Shown in pieces: positions 10,801 to 22,817 of a DNA stretch of 64,000 bases. Source of the stretch: Mytilus trossulus (taxonomy: Eukaryota). Under the pieces are notes generated by a model. It was given only the letters and a program-made list of their open reading frames with translations. It ran no database searches and was not told where the DNA came from. The translations under genes were made by a program, and so were the position numbers. Where the stretch lies: the NCBI RefSeq assembly GCF_036588685.1, contig NC_086375.1:50592001-50656000 (forward strand). The letters run 5' to 3'. Positions within the stretch are counted from its first letter, which is position 1. Each line of letters begins with the position of its first letter.

Positions 10801-13800
10801 TACGGCGCCATTGAAGAAAAGATTACCCTGTATTATTTGTAGCGTTTTATTTGAAAGGATACATATATGAGCATGTGCTTGTAAAAATAAAAATGAAATA
10901 TTGACAGATGTGTCACTGCGTCACCAAGATAGTTAGCTTTAAGAAAGATGTGTGATGAATAGATACCATATAAACTAAGTCTATAATTAAATAAAAAGTA
11001 AAATCACAAAAATACTGAACTTAGAGGAAAATCAATTCGGAAAGTCCATAATCACATGGCAAAATCAAATAACAAAACGCATCAAAAACGAATGGACGAG
11101 AACTGTCATATTCCTGACTTGGTACAGGCATTTTCAAATGTAGAAAATGGTGGATTAAACCTGGTTCTATAGCGCTAACCCTCTCACTTTAATGACAGTC
11201 TCATCAAATTTCGTTTATTTACATTGATGCGTTAAACAAAATATTCAAAACATGGGTACATCAGTCATCATTCTTTAACAATTTATATTGTTGTACTTTT
11301 CAGTTAGACTTTTCAATATCAGACAAAATGCTGTCAAACGATTTAGAGCCATAGCTATAGTGATGGTGGTTGCTTCTGTTCTGTCTATTGGAAGCGGTAT
11401 TGTACTTTTGATAGCAGCTGCAGGTGGAGGATGGCCATTGGTATCTGGAAGTCCAATTTTCTCAGGCCTGGTGGTAAGTACTTACTACAAATTGTTTTTT
11501 GTAAATCAAATGCATCATCAGCAACATTACCAAGTGATGATATCGAGTGCAGGTGCGTGGGATTGTACTCCGACCAGTCAAATAAAACCCCTCCTCCTCT
11601 ACCGCCTCCTGCTTGTCGTCGTCACCTTCGTCGTAAACCAACATCATTACCATCATCATCCTCCTAAGCGATATTCAAACTGGTGTAATATAGGTTTGAA
11701 AATACTGTTTGAAATGAACCTAAAAGATTTATAGCAAATTTATCACTACATGAAAAACTTCTCAAACTAAATATAAGTTCAATGGTAGACCACTTACTGT
11801 TTGTCTTTTAAAAATATATTTCTGGGATACATGTACCTATGGCACGCGGTAGACCTCTTAAATTTTTGCATCTACAAAATCAAGTGAAACGATTTCCTAC
11901 GTAAATCAAATCCCATCTCCTATTTTTCAGTCAACTTAATTCATTTATACATTTGTAGTTAGGGAAACATTGTTTTTAAGTTTCTATTATATTGAGATCA
12001 CCTCCGTTATTTTATCATTCTTACCCTCATTGCACTCTGGGTCGGGTCGGCACCATACACACTTTTTGATTAATCACTATTACAGCGTATCATGACGTAT
12101 TTAATAAAAAAAAAAATGAAGATGTGATATGGAAAGATTGCAAATGAGACGATATTCGACCAGGGATTAAGATACGAAGGCATGTGATTTTTGCCACGGA
12201 ACATTTAACAGAATCAATCACTCGATTATTTTTTTCAAATAAGTGCTCATGTTTAAATGCAATACAAGCTTTAATTATGTTTCAGGTGCTAGCAGGTGCT
12301 ATCTGTGGCCTAGTGTTGGGTTGTACGAAGTCCGAATGGACTACTGAAGAGGAACGATCTAAACAGAGATGTCTGGTATGTCTTAATGGATCTTCTTGTG
12401 AAGTAAACAATACAAATATTTGCAAATCGAAATAAGGATTTCATTTAAACAAATAGTGAAATTTCAAAGAGGTTAACCATTTAACATATACAACGATTCA
12501 GTAAGGTTAAATTATTCAGTTTAATCAATCAACTAAAAACGCGAAGTAATTAGTCCTTGCATTTCAGTTACACTGTACATGTATGAACCAAACCAAATAG
12601 AGGTTTGGTTACCTTCATAAATTTTCGGTCATATTCACCAATAAATAACCCAGATTTAATACATTAACTAAAACTGTTAATATATATCAAAGTAGTTGCA
12701 GCAGCGTATGAAAATAAAATCTTCTTGAACACGCATAGTTTCAAAGACAATAATTCGTCCCATTAATAGAGCACACACTAATTTTGCATTGGTTCCAACT
12801 TTCATTTTGTATGGATCTTTTATATAACATATTATCCTTTACATGTTATTTTCAATAGTCAGTTGTATAGCTCTTTCTTTTTTTTTGTCAAAAGTATTCA
12901 TGGACTCCTTCAAATGATCCTGTTCAAGAGACCACCAACATCAAACAAACCAAAACGATGTCATCAAAAGGCTACACAAATGCATTCATCGTTACACAAT
13001 AAAAACAATGAGCCACCTAAATCCAAGAAAAAACCCACAGACTACTATGATAATTGACTCAATTAAACGGGTGTTTTTCGACAATTAAATGATGCCAAAC
13101 TTCACAAAATTAATTCCATTGAAATGTGACATTTCAATCTAATCCAACGATACAAATCTAATACATCTCAATATAACTATATCGTACAATGTACTAAATA
13201 CAAAGTACTATAAAAATACTATTATACCAATATTTAAAAAAAACTTATACACAAGCAATGTACATAAGATCCAAATATATACTACTTTTGTTTCAGGTTG
13301 TTGTATTCCATTTATATATCACTTTTGTTCCAGGTTGTTGTATTTATCACATAAGATCCATTTATATATTACTTTTGTTCCAGGTTGTTGTATTTATCAC
13401 ATAAGATCCATTTATATATTACTTTTGTTCCAGGTTGTTGCATTCTATGCACTTGCCGTCAGTTCGTTTTCTCTCTGTGGAATAAGCATAGGTTATACAA
13501 TAGCAGGGTTGGTCGCATGCAGTGGAGTGGACATGCAAACCTGCGGACATCATCACAGGGCTGAAAACTACGCTAATGCAATCGGAATATTCTTTGGTGT
13601 GTTTCTACTTGTGACATCCATTATTGTTTGCGTTATGTTTTGTTACTACAAAAAAGCATTCAAGTTTTTTTTTTCGGCCAGTGACCGCCTAGAACAAATG
13701 CAATATCTTATAAGTCAACAACAGCAGCACATAACATCTCTCAGCCATTCTGTAGGTCAAAATTCGCAGATTGGACAGACCCCACCTACTGGATACGGTA

Positions 13801-13895
13801 CATATACACCACCTGCTGGCCAGACCCCTGTCGGATATGGAACATATTCACCTACTGCTCCTCCGCCACCGTATACTGAAAAACAAACTTTCTAA
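7889..13895 (+). CDS. Four-transmembrane MS4A/CD20-like protein with Pro-rich cytoplasmic tail (about 253 aa)
   Basis: Exons 7889-7928 (MWSAAAQLPPEEE, donor AG/GCAAGT, phase 1), 11304-11473, 12286-12375 and 13434-13895 join in frame. Four hydrophobic segments, a GSPIFSGLVVLAGAICGL segment like MS4A TM2, a Cys pair in the TM3-TM4 loop, tail ending PTAPPPPYTEKQTF. Exon 1 is less certain than exons 2-4. Confidence 0.75.
8638..9357 (+). CDS. Reverse transcriptase C-terminal half and thumb of the Penelope-like element (fragment)
   Basis: 239-aa open frame with the YLDD catalytic motif; RT similarity continues upstream (WTCFDTIYALEF / DNIFVRFGDSVYRQVIGIP) across a frameshift near 8575. Confidence 0.85.
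   Translation: MGTNCAPLIADLFLYCYELQFMTKIIKDPSKQHLIQKFNNTFRYLDDILALNNDDFSMYTKEIYPVELTLNKVNDNNDHCPFLDLDIYIINGKLNTKIYDKRDDFSFPIVNYPFLDGDVPLSPSYGVYLSQLVRFARVCNKVLDFSERNLCITEKLLHQGFRYHKLVKTFTKFYHRYKEIIRKYNSTCRHLIRSGISHPIVYGNILYKAQKCQKLTKPLNRLIRRGHSYDTVVRSLKIA
9448..9538 (+). promoter_or_regulatory. SECIS-like hairpin (form II) in the PLE 3' UTR
   Basis: Helix I ttatgt-tcttc-t-catat / atatg-at-gaag-acataa; ATGA at 9471-9474; AAA at 9487-9489, 12 nt later; TGAT at 9513-9516; helix II gtatgat/attgtgc. Confidence 0.7.
10188..10688 (+). repeat. High-copy interspersed repeat (tttgtattgtagtcctg...gaacagcggtatactactgttgcctttatt)
   Basis: Related copies at 5590-5955, 55170-55712 and 60960-61306. Confidence 0.75.
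10990..11207. repeat. Young copy of an interspersed repeat
   Basis: Near-identical inverted copy at 58590-58805. Confidence 0.8.
13263..13440 (+). repeat. Tandem 50-bp repeat spanning the last splice acceptor of the MS4A-like gene
   Basis: cttttgttYcag|gttgttg occurs four times, with AG ending at 13296, 13333, 13383 and 13433. Confidence 0.9.
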
Positions 13896-13996
13896 TGAAG
13901 TAGTATTAAACAGCATTTTCGGGTTTTAATTCAGATATTCTCTAAAGAATTCATCTATTTGTAAGGGTTGTTTGTATTTAACTAATACAACTCTTA

Positions 13997-15545
13997 GGCC
14001 GTGTTCACATTGACCTAAATTCGGTGTTGTGTTAGTGTCGCTCACACGTAAACTAAACACAATTGCGTTCCCATTGATAAAACTCAATGTTTACATGTAG
14101 TTTAAATCATGTTTTATCTACACACAGTCGATAGTCAATGTAGGCCTTGTGTAGGTTAAGTGTACACAAAACTAGGCATTTAGGACATAAGTTTTACCGT
14201 GTATATATTTAAGGAGGAAACTATTTTTGAGTAAAATTAATATTTTTTGATAATTATAAGTATAGTTCAATACAGAACTTGATGTCTTAATTTTACAGTT
14301 TTTTTGGTTAAAAAAAATAAACGTACTTTATTAACCCCTGATCAAGACAGCATCATTGCCGAACCCATAAAACAGCAACCAATTGATTTTCGGGGGGGGG
14401 GGGGGGGGTATTATAGTTGAGTATAAAATATAAAGGCAAGGAAGTGGTGGTGCTGAGCTCTGGATTTTGTTTTGGAAACAAAAAATGTTTCCAGTTTTTG
14501 GCCCTGAAAAAAAATGTGTTTGTTTCACCCTCAGCTGCCACTATATATAATGCTAAAATTGATTTCGGCATGTTACCAAAATTTGTCCTGAAAAAAATCA
14601 ATAGCCCACGCCCCCTACCCTCCCTACCCCCCCCCCCCCCCCCCGCTCCCCATCTCCAAAAAAATGAGGTAAATAGTTGCTGCCTAATTCATTTTGAAAA
14701 GGTCTTCCCGAATCGGCTAGACGTACACATAAATTTTCGCCACTGGTCTTTATACTCAAACAACGATTCACGCATAAATGCATGACTAAAAAAGTGTGAG
14801 GTAAATGATACGTTTGTCTAGTATCTCAGATCCGTTAAATAACACTTAAAATAGATAAAAAAACGTTACCCTATTCCTTTACCAATTAATTCTTGGAGAA
14901 GAAATACCATTTGAAACAAACAGAAAAGATAAAAATGTAGTGATCCCTAATATCCCAATACTTTTTTTCAGCTGTAAGCACGATGCTGCAGCTAACGTTT
15001 TCTAATGCGTAATCGAGACATCTCTAGTATATTCAAACTACTGCAAATTATAAAAATGGCTTTCATAAAGTAGCAACCACTTAACTTAAAAAAAGGGGGA
15101 GGGTTATTTTTTTTTATCTGAGTCAGAATTTTTTTTCGCGCAAATATTCCTTTTTTTCGATTCTGGTGATCAAATACATTTTTTCAATATTTAACACTAT
15201 AATGTATGGCGAAACTCTTGATTCAGAATATTCTTTTTATCATCTGTATGACCAATTTTTTTTATTATCAAATTGGTGATCGGAATATTTTAATCCCCCC
15301 ACATCCCCCTTTTGAGTCAAATGGTTGTTTTCTTACCGCAAGAAAAATTGTCAAAAAATTTTGAATTCAGTTCTACGTAATGAACATTTAAATGACATAT
15401 AGTTTACAAGTGGGAACAAATCTAATGTACAGGTAGCTAAACAAGGTGTATAGATGTGAACAAATGTAATGTAAAACCAGTGTACACTACACTAAACTAA
15501 TTGTAAACATGTTTACTTTACACGGCGTTTGGTGTGAACACGGCC
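13997..15545. mobile_element. Non-autonomous TIR DNA transposon (PIF/Harbinger-like MITE) with nested insertions
   Basis: Perfect 13-bp TIR GGCCGTGTTCACA / TGTGAACACGGCC flanked by tta and taa; subterminal tgtaaac/gtttaca repeats; no transposase ORF. Confidence 0.75.
14373..14682. mobile_element. Nested small MITE with G17 and C18 subterminal tracts
   Basis: cagcaacca...tagttgctg inverted ends; G run 14392-14408 and C run 14627-14644; a related element (agcaacca...tggttgtt) lies at about 15072-15330. Confidence 0.55.
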
Positions 15546-16427
15546 TAATTGTGAAAATTTTAAAACGCAACGGAGACGCTTTGATGTTATTTCTAGTACT
15601 TGAAAATTACATGATAATTAGATTTATTTTTAAATATTTTTGAAATTTCAAAAATTCCTCCTGACAACCGATCAGACAAAAGTTTTAATTTGAATGTATG
15701 CAAAAAAATACATTTAATGATGTTCGATTGCTAGTAGATACAGTTGTCTTTTAAAATACAAGTGGCATATAGGGATCGAATTGATGCTATGTGGATACAT
15801 TATTCGGTTCTGAATAGTTAAATTGGCAACGTGTCAACTTTACAATGGCTTCCATTTATTACGATTGGAAAAAATGAATGGCGTTCTTGGGAGTTAGTTT
15901 TGGAAAAGTAACATGCCGACTGAACTAACAGCGTTTCAGTCAATACAATAGCCCACAAAAGTTAAAGTAATATGTGGTTTTGTCGGCGAAAATCCATCAG
16001 AAGACATTTGGTGAACACTTTTGATTTGGATTTGAAAAATAGAAATTCCATCTTCAATTTGATAATTCTGAGAAAAAACTTCCCCAACATTAGAATCTTA
16101 ATTAGCAATTTGTGTCTATGCAATTTGTAAATCAACTCAACCAAAGATACACAAGAACAATTTTAAACGTTCATTATGTGTATAACCTCGTAACCAAACG
16201 ATTATAATTATTAGCAGTTTTGTTACTTTGTAAATAGTTACCTATGAAGCACTAGTATACTTTAAAGTCACATTAACGTGTACACATTTTTTCTTCAAAT
16301 TTAATTTGTCAGCTATCTCATATTTGATCAATATATGATCATTTAAATCCTTTGTGTCTTTGTTTAAATACCCCCAAAACTTATACCAAATGTGCAATTT
16401 GATAGTTTAAATTTATGTATATCCGTA

Positions 16428-19400
16428 ATGGCGGCAGTAAGTTTTTAACATATTATTGTAATACGATGCAAAGCAGCACTATTTACTTTTGATGTATATT
16501 TATTAATATGAAATAGAAACAAACCGTTTACATTTTGCTCATTTTTATTTATAATGGTTTGTTTGGATAATTTACGAAACATTGAAGAAGAAATAAAACC
16601 CGGCATATTTGAGACCAGCAGTACTTGACTATTTTCATTTTGAAATATGTTTATGCAAAACAATATCAATACAGACAAAAAAATATGTTTAAATTCATTG
16701 ATGATAACAATATAAGCGACTACATAATATACTTAATTTTGTTAGACAATTTTACTTATATTTCGATAAAGTCAGTTGTCATCAGTGTATCTTAATGTTG
16801 TTGAAAACCATTGAAATATAATAGTTTAACCACGAATCTATAATACTGTGAATTCTAATAAAATTTGTAAGAGTAATCTCTTTTGAAATTGCACGACATA
16901 ACGCCAGGTAGATTTTCAGAATTCCATAATAAGGGGTATGCAGTGTTTGTGTGGTATTTATCTCTCACTCTCTCTTTCTTTTGTTTACAATTTATCATTG
17001 TTTGTCAATAAATAAGCAATATCTCAAGTCGTAAGTTTGTGTATTGATTTACGAGAAGTCTCGTAGGCTGCGTTGTTTATGTAGTTGAACTGTTCTAGCA
17101 CTAGCCAATCAACACTTTAGTTTGGAGAACGATTCCCGAATGAGGCAAGTGCAATCGACTCCAATCTTAATTGACTAGAATTGTCAGTTTTCCAATCATA
17201 TTATTAGAGGACGTCATTGTAATGCTATTAAGAACATAAAGTTTTATTGTCAATGAAACAAATGTCCATAAGAGTAAAAATGGCGGGGTGTAACAACTTT
17301 TGAAAAAATACGACCTTCAATGAACATAACCAACAATGTATAATAGCATATAACCTGCATCTAAAGCACAACATTGTGCAATACAAAATAAAGGAGATAT
17401 CACAGGGGCATGATTACCAATGAAACAACATTCCACAAGAGACCAAATGATACATAAATTAATAGATATAAGTCACATTACGGCCTTCAATAATGTGTAA
17501 AACCCATATCACCTTGTAAGCTATTACAAAAGGCCTCGAAATGACTAATGTAAAACAATTGAAACTGAAAAAAAAAAATAACGAACTGATTTATGTAAAA
17601 AATAATGAAAGCGAAAAATATGATATACAGCAACAAACGTCAACCATAGAGTTACAGGCTTCTATTAAACTTGGGACAGATTCAGAATGTGGCGGGTTAT
17701 AACTAATTCTGTAGTTAAAACAGAGTGGACATGCCAGTGTACTTTCACATCCTCACAACAAAAAGATTCTAAGTACACATCTGAAAGTACGCACAGTTGC
17801 TGACAGCTAGTTCAAAGCCGATGTCAACTAATAAAAACAGTTATGCATCTAAAACTTAATTATCAATCAGTTGTATTCCTGCATCCAATGGATTTAGTTT
17901 AAGGACACCATTCACAGTCAGAAAAAAAACACGCTCTTGTGCAATGCCAAGATAAGCTATTCGCTGCTTTAACTTTTCATTGTATTTTAATTGTTTGGTA
18001 CTCTTTCTGGCAAAATATGTAGTCAACCTTTGTTTATAGCAGGCTTTATAAAGAGGAAAAAACCAACACCAACAATGTACTTGTCATTTTGTTCCTTCGT
18101 CAATGATTATAGAGTTAAAATCAGTTCAGCTAACGATGTATTTTGACATTTTAGTAAATAGTGAAAACCTTGAAGAATGTATTATCACATAGAATTTCCC
18201 GGCCTTAATTTAAAAGTTTCATAATATCTGAAAATATAAATTTCAAAGAATACGAACGGTATTTTGTTCAAAATAAATGTTTTTTTATAATAAGATGTAA
18301 ACTAAACACATGCATATTAGGAGTGAACAAATAACAAATCAATACATATTTTTAATTATAGCAACCACCACCCTATGGCCAACCTCCTGGTGAACATGGT
18401 CCGCCACCTGCAGGACCATATCCACCTCCACCTGGACATCCACCCGGTGGATATGGTCCACCACCACCAGGAGGATACGGTCCACCACAAGGGGGATATG
18501 GACCTCCTCCTCCAGGATATGGACATCCAGGACCCGGATATGGATATGGAGGTAGGTAACATTTTCATTAAAGTTTAGATTTAAGTTTGAATGTTAATTT
18601 TAAATCCCGGATCATTCACAATTATTGCGTAAAAACAAATAAAATAAATAAATACTTTTACTTTGAATAGAAATGTAATTCAAAGGCGAAATCTGAAGAT
18701 TTGATTGGAGATTTTAATCCTCAGGAGAAGCATCTGTACACTAATATTCCAGAGAACGTCTTAGTAATCAACCAATACATACTGTACACCTTGTAGTAAG
18801 CTATTACAGTATACTATAGTATATTAATTTTATAACTCAGATCTATTTTATCTTTTTGTTTCAACACAGTTTTTCTACACAACAGTTATTTCCAAACGTT
18901 ATTTTCTATACTTTATGTATATAAATGTATGATATAATTGGTATTATTTCAGGTCCTCCTCCTATGCAGCAGCAGCAGCAACAACAAACAACAGTAGTGA
19001 TGGCTGGAGGTCCATCCCATACTGTTATACATCAGGCCAGGAAAGAAAAGTAGGCAATATATAACGGATAGTTCTTTTTTTTGGTGGATTTCCTTAAAGC
19101 TTTATATAAGAAAAGTACCGCTTTAGTTTAGTTATTAAATCAATTCTTACTTTCAAACCATTTCAGAAAATTTATTGTTTGATTATAAATAAAATAATTG
19201 ATATTTCATATCCGGTTGACGTATTCACAAGAACTTAAGTTAACTTACGAAGTAATAGAATTTTAATATTTCACAGCTCATAAATTCAGGACAAGAAAAA
19301 ACAAGTATGCGATAATTATGTTATATAAGTTCTAGAACATTGTTCGATCTGAATGATCATGAGGTATTAACACACTTTTGTAAGGGTTAAACAAGAAAAC

Positions 19401-20463
19401 GTTATAAAACATTTAATTTAAAGCTTATTAAGATCAATTACGGAAAATTGGAAGATATGGAGTGTCTTTTTTTTATAAATATAGACATCCGACACTGCGT
19501 TCTGTCCCTGAACGATGAGGTTGTGTATTTGGGTACTTAAAAATTTAATTGAAGAGTTTTCTATTATAATCAATAAATATCATTTCGATCATTGATTCCT
19601 GTATACTGCCAATACTAAAGTCAATGTATAGCAAATGTGAATTCATATACCGAAACATTGTTTTTGCTTCTGTTGTAGATTTTCCGATCAAATCTGTCTG
19701 AACTGCGTTATAACATTATTTTTCCCATTTTGGATATTCATCTGGATAATAATGGTAAGAACATTTTTATTTAATAGAGTATAGGCGTACAAGGTAATTC
19801 ATTGGTGGACTTTTAACACAGGCACTTGTCTCAGGAAAAAATTTCCTATATACTCTGAGACAAATTTCTGTGACCTTTAATAATTTTTTGTAGATAATTA
19901 GGTTTCCTGATCGCTATATTCTGTAAGCATAGTACAACAGCTAATAAAATTTGAAAGTAAAAAGTGAAGGTACATAATGTATGTATTTAGAAATGTTTGA
20001 ATTAAAAATATATATATATGTAGTAATCCAACAATACAAATCCGGAAAAAATAAGCATCTGAGTAAACGATAACCTTACTTGTTCCGAATTTGCATTTTC
20101 GAATGCAACACTTGACAAGAGTTCGTAAATTTTCATATATCCAAACAAAAACATTAAAGAGAGAAAAACAAAGAGTTTGTATGATAATTTTATTCATCAC
20201 TGACAATTTTCAAAATATGAATATTGAAGTACATTAAAAGTAGTTTAATATTTGGCGCATTTTGCACATAATACTGCTTATATATATAGTGTGAAACTTA
20301 TTTTTATGCAGGCAAGTCTCCGATTTAAAGAAAGTAAACGTGGGCTTTTTCTCTAATTGAATCACAAGAAATTTGATTAAGGAGTTTTAGTTAATTTTTG
20401 TTTCACATCGTTTTTAAAAATAGTTTAGTTTTTTTTTGTTTTTTTCAGTGTATTGTTGAGTGA
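16428..20463 (+). CDS. Small Pro/Gly/Tyr-rich protein with C-terminal Cys-containing transmembrane anchor (CYSTM-like), about 128 aa
   Basis: Exons 16428-16436 (MAA, donor gtaagt; tentative), 18362-18551 (QPPPYGQPPG...GYGPPPPG repeats), 18953-19049 (PPPMQQQQQQQTTVVM...), 19679-19754 (FSDQICLNCVITLFFPFWIFIWIIM) and 20449-20463 (CIVE-stop); phases match. Confidence 0.75.
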
Positions 20464-21077
20464 AGTAAACAAAGAAGAGGACCTGACACAACTTTCAATG
20501 TTTTATATATGACTGTATTTATTTTACTGTTGACAAATGTTTTATATAGTCAGTGACTATACTTTTAATTGCAATACTCCCCATAGCAAACGCTCATACT
20601 ATGTCCAACACAGTAACATTTTATATCGTTTACATTTGAACATCATACACTCTCAGTCTGTAAGCCTTGCTCGAGAAAAATAAGCTAGCTTGGCTATATA
20701 AATATCTTCATCATCAACGAGGTAGTACGGTAAAATCTATATATCCTTTAAAACTAAAGTTGCATATTTTAATCTTTATCAAGCATAAATTATTTTTTAT
20801 GTTTCAAATATAAATATCCTATACACATTTGTTTTAGATTTTTTCCTACCCTTTGGGTTTTTAAGACCCCCCTTACTTAGACTTTATATCACTGGGTGTG
20901 TATTTTCATAGCAACACCGAGGGTGCAACATTAGGAACAGAATCTGTTTACTCTTTCGGACAAGCTGAGATACCCCAGGTTTTTTGTGAAACTCGTGTTG
21001 CTCTGTATTGACATTTGACATCCTGTTGTTAGTTTTTTGGTCTTTTTCTTTTGCAATGGCATTGACGTTGTCAGTTT

Positions 21078-21347
21078 ATTTTTATGCCCCAATTATCGGC
21101 ATTCTGGTCTGTACGTCCGTCCGTTCGTTCGTCCGTCTATCCCGCTTCAGGTTATAGTTTTTGGTCGAGGTGGTTTTGGATTAAATTTGATTTCAATCAA
21201 CTTGAAACTTAGTGCACATGTTCCCTATGATATGAGCTTTCTAATTTTAATGCAAAATAAGAGATTTCCCCCTATTTTCACGGTCCATTGAACATATAAA
21301 ATGATAGTGCAGATTTAGGCATCCGTGTACTAGGGACACATTCTTGT
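21078..21347 (+). mobile_element. HINE/DINE-like (Helentron-associated) non-autonomous element
   Basis: tttttatgcccc start, (ccgt/tcgt)n microsatellite at about 21113-21137, 3' ggcat...gtgt-actaggg-acac hairpin followed by attcttgt. Confidence 0.55.
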
Positions 21348-21930
21348 CGAATTATAAGTTTGAATATCCCTTCGGTAACCCTGTTGTTTGGGACAAGGTT
21401 TTTGGTAATTTAGTTTTCTAGTAATCAACTTGCCCTCTTTCTAATACTCGTTCATTTGAAATCCAAAAGAATCACAATAGAAAAAAAACAATAACATTAC
21501 CGTACAGTTATAATCCCTGATGTCAGTAATGGTCCTAAATACTGCCGATCCTGATGTCTTTTATTTACTATCATTACACTTAATCCGTTGAACGGATACT
21601 GATTGACATTTAAGTCTTGGAAAACATTTTTTATTTATTAGCTGTAATTGGTTTTATGCTAGGTTTTAGAATCTGTGAAATGCTTACATCAACGTTGTAG
21701 TATCTGGTGGCTATTTGTCTCATTGAATATCAAAACATGTTTTTATGTTGACAGGTTTATATACATTTCAAAACATTTACAATTTCACACTTTTTCACAC
21801 ACAAAAAAACATCGTCTCATCACTAATATAAATATACATGTACTGCGTTTACTCTAATATATCTTCACACGTACTATAAACTTGTAGGTCTCTTCTTGAC
21901 AAACTTATTTCTTCATACGTATGTGGTGGA

Positions 21931-22049
21931 TCTAATTCTAAATATTGCCTTTCTATGCTCGAGTCACTGCCACTTTTACTGCTATCGTGGTCTAATTCTA
22001 AATATTGCCTTTCTATGCTTGAGTCACTGCCACTTTTACTGCTATCGTG
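21931..22049. repeat. 60-bp tandem duplication
   Basis: tctaattctaaatattgcctttctatgctYgagtcactgccacttttactgctatcgtg twice, differing at one internal base. Confidence 0.9.
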
Positions 22050-22817
22050 TTCTGGTGTTAAATAGTCTTCTGTCTCTACTTCGAAGGGAATGAATTGGAT
22101 TTCCTCATATTCTGGATTTTCAATGTTTCGCTGAGGTAAGTCTGATACATCAGAAGACCTGTATGCAATTGATATCAGTTTATAAAGTTGCTATTTAGCA
22201 ACACTATTAATGTATATAAAAAAAAAACTGTTAACATTAGAGCTTTTTAGAAGTGAAAACTGCAATTCAAACATATTTGGATGATTCAATAATAAAAAAA
22301 AACAAGAATCCGACACCGGTGTCAACTTAATGTTCATTTCTTAAACTGGACTCTAATAAAACATCAATTCAATTTGCAAAACCAAAATGACGAATGTTTT
22401 TTGTTTCCTCTCATCGAAATCCATAGCTAAATGAGGCTTTTAAAAAAACACTTGCTATTGTTGATTTTTAGGCATAACTGTATTGGTACGTATGATTAAA
22501 ATTGAAACTAAAAATCCTATCGAACTTGAAAAGTAAGATACACAAGATAATGTACATTATAGATTTACTACTTGATTTCTACAAAGAAAGTATTAGCAGA
22601 TTTGTCTTATTATAATTTTAAGTCTTTTCTATTACTTTTCACGTTCTTGATAATTTAATGCTACCAATGGCACCACTGGTTGTTGATCTTCGAATAAAGA
22701 AAAACCATATATGTTGGCGCTAATTTATAAAGTGTTATATCTACATATGAAAGAATTATATAGTAATAACGGGCAATTTGAGAATCTTATGATAGCAGGG
22801 TATATTAACTTCCATAC

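Noticed and set aside
11474-11734. 3' extension of ORF 11288-11734 and overlapping ORFs
   Set aside because: Read-through past a strong GTAAGT donor into low-complexity intronic (cat/cct/cgt)n sequence.
18356-18578. Listed ORFs 18375-18578 (+) and 18356-18568 (-)
   Set aside because: Alternative-frame shadows of the Pro/Gly-rich exon.
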